From Myxococcales bacterium (GTDB lineage Bacteria; Myxococcota_A; Polyangia; Polyangiales; Polyangiaceae): a stretch of 64,000 nucleotides of DNA. The first letter of the stretch is position 1. Each line of letters begins with the position of its first letter. Made by a program: the position numbers and the translations under genes. A model generated the notes under the pieces. That model searched no databases and was not told where the DNA came from. It was given only the letters and a program-made list of their open reading frames with translations. Location of the stretch: the NCBI GenBank assembly GCA_043747615.1, contig JAYTOU010000023.1, positions 1 through 64,000 of the forward strand, given 5' to 3'. Below are positions 8,296 to 18,300 of the stretch, piece by piece.

Positions 8296-9009
8296 ATGCG
8301 TACGCGGCTGCGATTCGTGCTCGGCGAGACGCTGTCGCCCGCAGTGCGCCGCCTCGTTTTCGAGCTACCACCGTCCGGATTTGCATACGAAGCCGGTCAG
8401 GCGATCGATCTCTTCGTTCCGACGGCGAGCGGGCTCGTCAACAAGCGGGCGTACTCCATCGCTTCGGCCCCCGGGTACGCGGGCGAACGGCGGATCGAGC
8501 TCGCCGTGACTCGCGTTCCGAACGGGCCTACTTCGACGGCGCTCCACTCACTCGCCGAAGGCGCCGTTCTTCAGGCGGAGGGACCACGCGGAGGCTTCGT
8601 TCGCCGGCTTGCGGATCGCGACGCGCCGACGCTCTTCGTGGCGACCGGCTCGGGCCTCGCGCCGCTCCGGGCGATGTTGCAGGCAGAGCTCGCGCGGATG
8701 GAGGGGCCGCCGCTGTCGCTGCTCTTTGGGTGCAGGACGGTCGCGGATGTACTGTGGGCCGACGAACTCGGGCGATGGCAGCGCGAGCATCCACGATTCT
8801 CGCTCGTCATCACGCTGTCGCGCCCCGATCCGACGTGGGGCGGCGGCACCGGCTACGTGCAGCGCCACATCGCCGATTGTGTCGCCGCTCGGAACCCGGG
8901 ACGAGTGTTCGTTTGCGGGCTGTCTCCCATGATAGACGCAGTGTCGCGCGCGCTCGAGGAAGCGCACGTGGCACCGAGTGCGATCCGCACGGAGCAGTAC
9001 GACGTGTGA
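8296..9009 (+). CDS. FNR-like FAD/NAD(P)-binding oxidoreductase
   Basis: RAYSIAS, GPTS, EGPRG, FVATGSGLAP, LLFGCR, GYVQ, VFVCG and terminal EQY motifs. GGGAG RBS before ATG 8296. Confidence 0.85.
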   Translation: MRTRLRFVLGETLSPAVRRLVFELPPSGFAYEAGQAIDLFVPTASGLVNKRAYSIASAPGYAGERRIELAVTRVPNGPTSTALHSLAEGAVLQAEGPRGGFVRRLADRDAPTLFVATGSGLAPLRAMLQAELARMEGPPLSLLFGCRTVADVLWADELGRWQREHPRFSLVITLSRPDPTWGGGTGYVQRHIADCVAARNPGRVFVCGLSPMIDAVSRALEEAHVAPSAIRTEQYDV

Positions 9010-9160
9010 TGAGGCCGCGTCTGGGTCGTGCGTTGGAGCATGCGTGGATCCAGTTGTCTCGGTCAACAGCCCCGTCGGCGCTCCGCAACTGCACGCCGAA
9101 GCCCCAAGAAAGGGCAGCCCGCGCGATCCGAGGTACGGCAGATGAGAGACGTCCGTCGAT

Positions 9161-9619
9161 TCACGGCGACGGCAGGAGCTGGATCGAAACGGCCTGAATG
9201 TTTTCGGCGGCACCGCAATCGTCGAAGGCGACGTTGACGTCGGGCACGAGTCCCGGCTTGTAGCGCGGTGCCGTCACCGACACCGTATAGGCCTTCGTGC
9301 CGGCGCCATTGATGTTGATCGCGTAAGCACAGGACGCATCGGTCACCCCGGCTTCCGGCATGGGAAGGCCTTCGGGGCCGAACGTCGACATGCCGTCGGA
9401 GGCGACGAGGGACGCATCACAGACGTTGAGGCCGGAGATGGCGTCGGTAACCGTGACGACCATTGCCGTGGTCACGAGTCCGGGACAGATTCGCCTTGGC
9501 GTACTGCACGCGGACATCCCCAAAAGAGCTGCCACTGATGTTACCAGGCATCGGCGCCAGCCCGCGCCGGCGCGCCCTGACACGCGAATCACGCGCGTTG
9601 CTGCATGGCGCTGGCGCAT
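9161..9619 (-). CDS. Hypothetical lipoprotein
   Basis: Lipobox-like LLGMSAC and a beta-rich body with paired Cys; start uncertain. Confidence 0.55.
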   Translation of the reverse strand: MRQRHAATRVIRVSGRAGAGWRRCLVTSVAALLGMSACSTPRRICPGLVTTAMVVTVTDAISGLNVCDASLVASDGMSTFGPEGLPMPEAGVTDASCAYAININGAGTKAYTVSVTAPRYKPGLVPDVNVAFDDCGAAENIQAVSIQLLPSP

Positions 9620-9621
9620 GA

Positions 9622-10179
9622 CTAGTAGGGGTTTTTCATGTCGTTCCAGAAGATCCGATGGAAGGTCATGAACGGATCGGCGTCACACGGCCAAAGCTGC
9701 CGAGCGAGCTCGCCCGAAGACAGATGAAGTTGGATCGATTCGAGTAGGCCAAGAGCTGGCTTGCTTGGTGTGCTGCATAACTCCGCATCTGCGAGGCCGC
9801 TTCGCATCGCGTCGCTCTCGAGCCACGCGATCGCGCTCTGGCAGACCGCGGGATCCGCGACGCCCTCGAAGATCTGTCGGCCTCCGAAGAAATCGCGCCT
9901 CGTGCAGTCTCCGAAAAACTCCATGACGTAGGTGACCTTGAGCCGCTGCGGCCCTTCCGTGCAGGAGCGCCCTGGCAGCCCGCATCTCCCTTGCTCGTAG
10001 TGGAGCAGGAGGGCGTTGTTCGTCGCGGTGGGTTCGTCTGCAATCTTGCCGCCGCACGCAATCGCACCGACGCTCATCAGCGCGGACGAGGCGGCGAGGG
10101 CTACGCACGCCGCTCGATGAATGCGCGTTCCAAAAGCGCGCGCAGCGCAACGATCCTCGCGTCGAGAGTCCCCCAACAA
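9622..10179 (-). CDS. Hypothetical lipoprotein
   Basis: Signal and lipobox AACVALAASSALMSVGAIAC|GG. The start is uncertain; the 5' part of the track ORF overlaps the cyclase. Confidence 0.5.
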   Translation of the reverse strand: MLGDSRREDRCAARAFGTRIHRAACVALAASSALMSVGAIACGGKIADEPTATNNALLLHYEQGRCGLPGRSCTEGPQRLKVTYVMEFFGDCTRRDFFGGRQIFEGVADPAVCQSAIAWLESDAMRSGLADAELCSTPSKPALGLLESIQLHLSSGELARQLWPCDADPFMTFHRIFWNDMKNPY

Positions 10180-10292
10180 GATTGATTCTGCGCGGGAGGG
10201 CCGAGAACGCAAATACCCGAGGTTCCACGGGAGGACGAGGCCAGCCGTCGCCCACCCGGTCTCCTGCGTCCCGTAGTCGGCGAGATGAGCCT

Positions 10293-12041
10293 CTACCGCG
10301 AGTCTCCAGCTCGCGTCAGGCGCGAGTGAGGGCTGGCAAGCTCGTAGTGGAAGGCCGTTCCGTCGCTCCCGGTCACTGTCCCCTCTGCGCGCTCGGCATG
10401 CGTACCGAAAAAGAGAAGCAAGAAATCGCGGAGCGGAATCTGGCCGCGGCTTTCGGCGCGATCGATTGCGATTCCGAGACCCCACCTCCCATCGGAGGCG
10501 AGGCGCGTGTGAAGGACGCGGCCCTCGACGTCGAGCGATTCCATCCCCGGCGTTGGTGAGGATGCAAGCTGCACGAGGACGCGCGTGGCAGACACCTCTT
10601 CTCCCACCCAGACGAAGAGCCCGCCAGCGCTCACGTCCGCGAGCGTGCCCGGTAGAGTCCTTCCTTCGACAAGGACGGAAACGGGCATGCGCACGTGGAA
10701 GCGCGGTGACTTGCGTGCCGAGCCGACAGGCGACGGAGCGTCGAGGTGTGGCGACACGGCGACGCCTGTGAGCAGGAAAACACCGACGGGCCCCTTACCT
10801 TTCAGCTCGATCACTCCGCGATCCTCGAACTCGAATTTCCCGCGTAGGCGCTCGCGCAGCGTGTGGCTCACCTGAATACTCCCCGGCAGGCCGTGAGTCT
10901 CAAGCCGGCTCGCCGTATTGACGGTGTCACCCCACAAATCATAGGAGAGCTTCTTCAGGCCGATCACCCCGGCGATGACTGGGCCGCAGTGAATACCGAT
11001 ACGAATCCGAAGCGGCAGGCCGAGCTTCTTCTCGAGCCGAGCCGTGGCGTCGAGCATCTCGAGCGCCATCTCGGCGACCGCTTCGCAGTGCCCTTCGAGC
11101 TGCCGGGGCACCCCTCCCGCGATCATGTACGCGTCGCCGATGGTCTTGATCTTCTCTAGCCCATGTTTATCCGCCAGTAGATCGAACGCCGTGAACATCT
11201 CGTTCAGGAGGTGAAGCAAGGCGGCCGGTGCGAGCCGCTCGCAGAGCGTCGTGAACCCGACGAAGTCGGCGAAGAGAACGGTTACGTCGGGGACGTAGTC
11301 GGCAATCGCTCCGGCATCGGCCTTCAGTCTGCGCGCGATGTCCTCGGGCAGGACGTTACGAAGCAGCTTGTCCGCTTCTTGCCTCTGAGTCTCGATCACG
11401 CGCCGCTGTAGAAAATCCGTCCGCACGCTGCGCTCAAGGGTGTATCCCGCGAGCATGCCGATCGCGTTGGCCGAAAAGAAGAAGAAGTTGTTGCTCAGCA
11501 AGATGAGCGCCGGCGTCGCCTTAATAACTGCCAACCACTCATAAGCCGCCATTATGAGAATGCACGTCACCGTCACGTACGCCGACCGAAGCTGTAACAG
11601 CGTGTAGGCCATGAAGAGTACGAGGATGAGTCCCGCGTAATAGAGGGCGCCGCCGGCTTGATCGGCGAGGGCGATGATCGCGACGATGCCGAGACCCGCG
11701 AGCAGCGTGATAGCCGCGAGGATCGGCTGCGCGTAGTGCCTGAAAAACCTGGAAAAGGTTAGGCCGAAAACGAGCATCGACATCGTGCAGAAGCCCGCGC
11801 GAATCGCCCAAACCGGCCAGACCGCTCCTGGGACGATCCACTTGTCGAGGAAGGCGAACGCCGAGTAGAGCGCGGTGCCCATCACGAGGGTGAGGCGAGT
11901 GACGGGGAGCGCTTTATCGAAACGGTAGCGCTGAAACTCTGCTTCGATCTCGGGCGAGAGCGCGGCCTCCCGCCGTGCGGCACGGACGAATCCACTCACC
12001 AACCCGGGTGGCTCGCTCTTCGGGTCGGGACTCACTCGCAT
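10293..12041 (-). CDS. Membrane-bound class III adenylate cyclase with a C-terminal PilZ domain
   Basis: About 6 TM helices, then LLRNVLP, VLFADFVGFT, EKIKTIGDAYM, RIGIHCG and YDLWGDTVNTASRLE (K/D pair predicts ATP). C-terminal RKSPR and DVSAGG PilZ motifs. Confidence 0.9.
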   Translation of the reverse strand: MRVSPDPKSEPPGLVSGFVRAARREAALSPEIEAEFQRYRFDKALPVTRLTLVMGTALYSAFAFLDKWIVPGAVWPVWAIRAGFCTMSMLVFGLTFSRFFRHYAQPILAAITLLAGLGIVAIIALADQAGGALYYAGLILVLFMAYTLLQLRSAYVTVTCILIMAAYEWLAVIKATPALILLSNNFFFFSANAIGMLAGYTLERSVRTDFLQRRVIETQRQEADKLLRNVLPEDIARRLKADAGAIADYVPDVTVLFADFVGFTTLCERLAPAALLHLLNEMFTAFDLLADKHGLEKIKTIGDAYMIAGGVPRQLEGHCEAVAEMALEMLDATARLEKKLGLPLRIRIGIHCGPVIAGVIGLKKLSYDLWGDTVNTASRLETHGLPGSIQVSHTLRERLRGKFEFEDRGVIELKGKGPVGVFLLTGVAVSPHLDAPSPVGSARKSPRFHVRMPVSVLVEGRTLPGTLADVSAGGLFVWVGEEVSATRVLVQLASSPTPGMESLDVEGRVLHTRLASDGRWGLGIAIDRAESRGQIPLRDFLLLFFGTHAERAEGTVTGSDGTAFHYELASPHSRLTRAGDSR

Positions 12042-12343
12042 CAAATCGTAGCGGTAAACTCCCTCGCCATCAACGACGCCACGTCCATCGCTTCGAAGAT
12101 GATTGGTCCCGCGTCGGCGTCGACGAGATCTGCCGTAGCGGCATCCGAACGCCACTGAACTTCTTTCTCCATCGTGAGGTTCGGGAGGAGCGAGACGAGA
12201 TAAAGACCGCGGAGCTTGGGCGTCGTCGCTCTCGTCACGATGTGCAGGTTCGGCTTGGCTCTCGCGGCAGCCCTCGGCAGCGCGATGCGTATGCGACCTT
12301 CGTCCAGGCGGACCTCGGGGATCATCCGGCCGTCAGGCTCCAC
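12041..12343 (-). CDS. Hypothetical protein coupled to the cyclase
   Basis: Its stop overlaps the cyclase start (TGATG); no recognisable motif. Confidence 0.35.
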   Translation of the reverse strand: MEPDGRMIPEVRLDEGRIRIALPRAAARAKPNLHIVTRATTPKLRGLYLVSLLPNLTMEKEVQWRSDAATADLVDADAGPIIFEAMDVASLMAREFTATI

Positions 12344-12479
12344 GAGTCTCGTCGCTGTTCAACGAATCGGCGTACGAGTTACGCCGCAGATGCGCACCGC
12401 GTTTTTCAGCTTCAGGCCACGCGGCGCCAAGAACGACAAGAGGGTACGGCTGGATCCGCCGGGGAATGAGGCCGTGCTC

Positions 12480-14420
12480 TCACCGTTCAGTACCGAGGCG
12501 TACACGACGCAAAAGGCGCAGCCCGTTCAGCGTCACGAGCAGCGTGCTCCCTTCGTGCCCGACGACGCCCCAAGGCAAGGTGATCCAACCCAGCAAGTCG
12601 GAGGCGACGAGCAGGATCATCATCCCGAGAGCGAGGACGAGGTTTTGCTTCACCACGCGAAGTGCGTGTCGACCGACCGCAACGGCATACGGGATCTTTT
12701 CGAGGTCGTCGGCGGTCAGGACCACGTCGGCCGTTTCGAGCGCAACGTCCGTGCCGCTGATCCCCATCGCAATGCCGACCGTCGACGCGGCCAGCGCCGG
12801 CGCATCGTTGACGCCGTCTCCCACCATCGCCACGTGCCCATAGCGACCCACCATCTGCTCGACGACGTGGACCTTGTCCACGGGAAGAAGGCCGGCGTGT
12901 ATCTCTGTAATTCCAACCTCGCGCCCGATCGCTTCAGCGGTCTCGCGGGTATCGCCGGTAATGAGCACGATATGTTCGAGGCCAAGGCTTCGCAGCGCCT
13001 CTATCGCGTGGCGCGCTCGCGGGCGGATGGTGTCGCGAAGGGCGACGAGCCCTCGGACAGCGTCATTGCCCACCAGAACGACGGTCTTCCCCACCGATTC
13101 GAGCGCATGCTGACGATGGCGGACTTCGTCCGAAATCTCGGCAAAGAGCGAGGCTTTGCCGATGGACCACCGCTCGCCGCCCACGCTGGCGTGCGCGCCT
13201 GCCCCCGGGATCGCCTGAAGGTTGGAGCCGGGGATGACCGACAAGTCCTTCCGCTGCGCCTCGAGAACGATGGCTCTCGCCAGGGGATGCTCGGAGTGAG
13301 TCTCGACGGCAGCGGCCGCGGCGAGGAGGTCGTCGGGAGACGCGTCTGAAAGCGAGATCACGTCGGTGACCACGGGATGCCCGGACGTGAGTGTGCCGGT
13401 CTTGTCGAACGCTATCGCGCGGACGCGACCGAGGCTCTCGATGAACGTACTTCCCTTGAAGAGGATCCCATTGCGCGCCCCGTTGGAGAGCGCTGAAAGA
13501 AGCGTCGGCATCATCGCAGCCACGAGGGCGCACGGAGACGCGACCACGAGAAAGATCATGGCTCGGTAGAGCGCTTCACGAAACGTCCACCAGTGCGCGA
13601 GGCTTGGCAGCGCGACGACTACTACTGCGCCGATGACGACGACCTTCGCGTATCCTCGTTCGAAACGCTCGATGAAGAGCTGCGCGGGCGGGCGGCGCTC
13701 TTGGGCGACCTGGACGAGCTCGATCATGCGAGCGAGGATCGTGTCTCCAGCCGGACGAATAACCGTGAGACGAAGCGCGCCGTGTCCGTTGATCGTACCC
13801 GCGAAAACTTCGTCGCCCGGGCGTTTGTCGACGGGCATCGACTCGCCCGTGATTGAGGCCTGGTTCACGGCCGAGGCTCCATCGACGACCCTGCCGTCCG
13901 CGGCGATACGTTCGCCCGGCTTGACGATGAGGACCTCGTGCACGGCGACGGTGTCGGCCGGAACCCGCTCTTCGCGACCATTTCGGACGACCAGAGCGTC
14001 TTCGGGATGCAGCGCCATCAGCGCTTCGATGTCGCGTTTCGTGCGCGCGCTGGCGTAGCCCTCGAGCGTTCCACTCAACGCGAAGATGAAGATCAGGAGC
14101 GCGCCGTCGAACCAATAGCCAATGAGCGCTGCGCCTACTGCTGCGACCACCATAAGCAAGTCGACATCGAGCTCGCGGTCCTTGATGAGCGTCGTCGTTC
14201 CTTCGATCGCTTGCCGATAGCCGCCGAGGACGTAGCCGACAGCGAAGAGCGCGTTCGTCGCGGCTACGCCGATCCCAGCACGGGACGCGAACCATCCCAC
14301 CGTGACGAAGACGGCACACAGCGCGGTGGTGAGCGCTTCCCCGTGTTTCTCCCAGCGCTCGGCAGCCGATGGCGAGCCGGTCATGCGCGCAGGGCGCGTG
14401 GCTGCCGTGGTCATCGTCAT
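12480..14420 (-). CDS. Heavy-metal P1B-4-type ATPase (Co/Zn/Fe-type)
   Basis: TGES, SPC, DKTGT, HP, GDGVNDAP and HEGST motifs; no N-terminal HMA domain. Confidence 0.92.
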   Translation of the reverse strand: MTMTTAATRPARMTGSPSAAERWEKHGEALTTALCAVFVTVGWFASRAGIGVAATNALFAVGYVLGGYRQAIEGTTTLIKDRELDVDLLMVVAAVGAALIGYWFDGALLIFIFALSGTLEGYASARTKRDIEALMALHPEDALVVRNGREERVPADTVAVHEVLIVKPGERIAADGRVVDGASAVNQASITGESMPVDKRPGDEVFAGTINGHGALRLTVIRPAGDTILARMIELVQVAQERRPPAQLFIERFERGYAKVVVIGAVVVVALPSLAHWWTFREALYRAMIFLVVASPCALVAAMMPTLLSALSNGARNGILFKGSTFIESLGRVRAIAFDKTGTLTSGHPVVTDVISLSDASPDDLLAAAAAVETHSEHPLARAIVLEAQRKDLSVIPGSNLQAIPGAGAHASVGGERWSIGKASLFAEISDEVRHRQHALESVGKTVVLVGNDAVRGLVALRDTIRPRARHAIEALRSLGLEHIVLITGDTRETAEAIGREVGITEIHAGLLPVDKVHVVEQMVGRYGHVAMVGDGVNDAPALAASTVGIAMGISGTDVALETADVVLTADDLEKIPYAVAVGRHALRVVKQNLVLALGMMILLVASDLLGWITLPWGVVGHEGSTLLVTLNGLRLLRRVRLGTER

Positions 14421-14433
14421 CGGTCGCTCCGGT

Positions 14434-14563
14434 TCATTTCAAGAACGCGCGAATGACGTCGATCAGCCCTTCGCCGGCGCGAGCGTGCTTCGAGTTCGAT
14501 CTCGCCTCGGGATCCATGACGTGGAACCGCACGTGATCTTCGAGGATCTCGGCCACGGGACAT
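14434..14563 (-). pseudogene. RcnR/FrmR/CsoR-family repressor with a large internal deletion
   Basis: RBS AAGGAGAAGGGA and ATG TCC C (MS-H-like start) join out of frame to VAEILEDHVRFHVMDPEARSNSKHARAGEGLIDVIRAFLK*, which matches the RcnR/FrmR C-terminal helices. Confidence 0.75.
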
Positions 14564-14656
14564 TCCCTTCTCCTTGACCGCGCTCGCCCGTGAGCGGACG
14601 CTCCGTTTCATCGTTTTCATTCGCGCCTAAGGCGGTAACCAAGCCCACGCACGGTC

Positions 14657-15076
14657 TCAATGGCAGCGGCGTGAGCGCCTAGTTTCTCGCGCTTTCGACT
14701 TATATGCACGTCCACTGCGTTCGAATCCCGAGCCGCCGCAGTCGCCGTCGTCTTTCGGACAAGGTCTTGCCGCGTTACGACCTGCGGCGCCCAAACGAAG
14801 AGCAGCCGAGCGGAGACCCGTATCGCAGGGGCCGCTCACCGCGAGGACCGGGAGCGCTAAGCCCTCGTTTTGAAGGCGCCCGCAGAGCTCCGTGTCGTCG
14901 TCGTTCCAGACGTCGCGAGCGATGACGACGAGGTGCGCGTCTCCGGCGGTCGAAAGCGCCACCACGGACATCTCGTCGGCGACGCTCGCGACGGCGAGGC
15001 TATGTGCAACGCTTCCAAAACAATTCGGGACGAAAGGGAGCGCCCTCGATTCGGTCTCCACAAGCAACAAGCGCAC
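14657..15076 (-). pseudogene. Degenerate or truncated receiver-domain response regulator
   Basis: VRLLLVE..., ELCGRLQNEGLALPVLAVSG..AALRLGA, then similarity stops where DD-x-x-x-KP is expected. Confidence 0.35.
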
Positions 15077-15311
15077 GCGCGCGCCATACAAAAGTTGAAC
15101 CAAGCGCCGCCAGTCACGCGCCACGCCGAATTGCTCGAGACACGCGACGCTCAGCGAGACGATACGTCGCGCTGCTTGGCCGCAACTGGTTCCGCCTGCC
15201 CCAGCGACGCGTACAGAATCGATATTGACGCGCCTTAATGATTTACGAAAACCGCTGCGCAATCGAGTGCCGCGGACGCGTAGAAACGCTCGCCTTCGCT
15301 CGTACGCAACG

Positions 15312-15327
15312 CGGCACGCATGTTGCT
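15312..15327 (+). promoter_or_regulatory. sigma54 (-24/-12) promoter upstream of czcA/cusA
   Basis: CGGCACGCATGTTGCT matches YGGCACG-N4-TTGCW and ends 28 nt before ATG 15356. Confidence 0.7.
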
Positions 15328-15355
15328 CGGCGCGTAACGATCGTGAAGCAATCCC

Positions 15356-18300
15356 ATGATTGAAAGACTCGTCGCGGCCGCACTTCGCATGCCGGTGATC
15401 GTGCTCGCCGTCGTGGCGCTCATCATCGTCGGAGGCTTCTTCTCGTACCGAAGCCTCGACATCGAAGCCTACCCAAATCCCGTTCCGCCACTCGTCGAGG
15501 TGATCACGCAGCCCGACGGATCAAGTTCCGAGGAGGTCGAGCGGTACGTCACCGTTCCCCTCGAAATAGGCCTCGCCGGAATGAAAGGCCTTGACCACAT
15601 TCGCTCGTCATCGCTCTTCGGCTTGAGCGATGTGAAGTGCTATTTCAAATGGGGAACGGACTACGACGCCGCACGCCAAGAGGTCATCAACCGACTTCAG
15701 TTCGTCGCACTTCCCGCCGGCGTGCAAGCGCAGCTCTCACCGTGGAACGCGATTGGCGAGGTCTTCCGTTACACGGTGAAGGGTAAAGGCTATTCGCTCA
15801 AGGAGCTGAAGACCGCCGAGGATTGGGTGCTCGAGCGGCAGTTCAAGCAAGTCGACGGAGTGATCGACGTCACCAGCTACGGGGGCGAGACGAAGCAGTA
15901 CCAAATCGGGGTCGACCCCTACCGGCTGCGCGGCCAGGGCATCGGCCTCAGTCAGCTGATCACCGCCGTCCAGAACTCGAATCAGAACGTCGGTGGCCAG
16001 CGGCTCGTGATGGGCCCGCAGGCATATACCGTCCGTGGACTCGGTCTTCTTCACGACATCCGAGACATCAACAGCATCGTCCTCGCGGAGCAAAAAGGCG
16101 TGCCCGTCCACGTGGGTGACGTCGCCAACGCGGGGGTCGGGAGTGCGCCCCGCCTCGGACTCGTAGGTCACGACGACGAGCCGGACGTCGTGCAGGGCAT
16201 CGTGCTCATGCGCTACGGCGCCGAGACGCCGCACACCCTAGCTGGGATCTACGATCGTATTAATTACATCCGAGAGAATCATTTGCTCCCGCCGGGAATG
16301 GACATCGTCCCTTACTACGATCGCGGGAAGCTCGTCGAGGTCACCACCCACACCGTGCTCGAGAATCTCCTCGTGGGCATGGGACTCGTGAGTGTCGTCC
16401 TCTTTCTTTTCCTGGGACACACGCGCGCGGCCATCATCACCGCCATCAACATTCCGCTCGCGCTCTTGATCGCCTTCTCGGGCTTGGTGATGACCCGCAC
16501 CTCCGCCAATCTCATCTCGCTCGGCGCGGTCGACTTCGGGATCGTCGTCGACTCCACCGTCATCATGATGGAGAACATTTTTCGTCATCTTGGTCCTCAC
16601 GGAAAAGGCAGCATCCAGGAGCGCGTCCGGGCGGCGGCGTCCGAAGTGGCCGGACCCATGATGTTCTCGACCGTAATCATTGGCGTCGCGTTCCTTCCGC
16701 TCTTCACGATGACCGGCGTTTCCGGCGTCATCTTCTCGCCCATGGCCCACACGTACGCCTTCGCAATCGGGGGCGCGATCGTGATGGCGCTCACGTTGAC
16801 GCCCGTACTAGCGGCCAAGTTCATTCCGGCAAACACGGAAGAGAAAGAGAACTTCATCATGAAGTTTCTCCATCGCGTCTACGCTCCGTTTTTCGATGCG
16901 GCGCTCAAGCGACCAAAGGCCGCCCTTGTGTTTGCGCTCATCCCGATCGGGCTCTGCGCAGCGCTCTTCCCGCTCCTCGGCGGAGAGTTCATGCCGAAGC
17001 TCGAGGAGGGAAATTTTTGGATCCGAGCAAGCCTCCCGCAGTCCATCTCGCTCCAGGAATCGAGCCAGTACGTCGGGAAGATGCGTTCTATTCTGCGCGG
17101 TTGCCCAAGAGATCCTGCGGTCGCTTGCACGGACGAAAATCGCGCGCATCCCGAAGTCAAAACGGTCATCTCGCAGCTCGGTCGACCCGACGACGGAACC
17201 GACGTCTCCGGATTTCACAACATCGAGCTCTTCGCGCCGCTCAAATCCTTCGACGAATGGAAGAACGGCACCACGAAAGCCCAGCTCACAGATCAGCTCT
17301 CGAAGGAGCTCCAGGAGGCGTTCCCCGGAGTGGTCTTCAACTTCTCGCAAATGATCAGCGACAACGTCGAAGAGGCTTTGTCGGGTGTAAAGGGTGAGAA
17401 CTCCGTCAAGGTCATCGGCGCAGACCTCAAGGCCAACGAGCAAAACGCGGCCGCGATCGTCGACGTCATGTCGACCGTCGCGGGAGTGAAGGACCTCGGG
17501 GTCTTCCACTCGCTCGGTCAGCCGAGCGTAAAAATAACTCCTGACCGCTTTGCCTGCGCGCGGTACGGCCTCAACATCGGAGACGTCGAGAGCGTGATCC
17601 AGGCCGCGATCGGCGGGCAGGTAGTCACCCAAGTCTACGAGGGCGAGAAGCACTTCGACCTCACCATCCGCTGGCTCGAGCCCTACCGGAGCTCGCTCGA
17701 AGCGATTCGCGAGATCACGATCGGCGCGCCGGATGGAACGCAGATTCCGCTCGGGCAGATAGCCAAGATCGACATCGAGGATGGTCCCTCAATGATCTAT
17801 CGCGAGGACGGTCGCCGTTACGCGCCGGTGAAGTTCTCCGTTCGGGGGCGTGACCTGAAGTCCACAATTGCGGAAGCGGAGCAGCGGATCGCCGCGAAGG
17901 TTCACCTTCCGTACGACACGCATCTCTCCTGGGGGGGAGAGATCAACGAGCTCAACGACGCGATGGGTCGGCTCTCGGTCATCATTCCTCTCACGCTGCT
18001 CCTCATCGGGTTCCTCGTGTACAGCGCCGTAAGGACCTGGATCGACACGCTGATCGTCATCGTGTCCATTCCCGTCGCCTGTACGGGCGGGGTTCTCGCG
18101 CTCCTACTCACACGTCAAAACTTCTCGGTCTCGGCGGCGATGGGCTTCATTTCAATTTTTGGAATCGCCATTCAGGACGCCATTCTCGTCGTCACGTATT
18201 TCCAGCGACTGCGTCACCTCGAAGGCGCATCGATTGAAGTCGCAGCGCGCGAGGCGGCGGAAAAGCGCTTCCGACCCGTCTTGATGACGACGCTCGTGGC

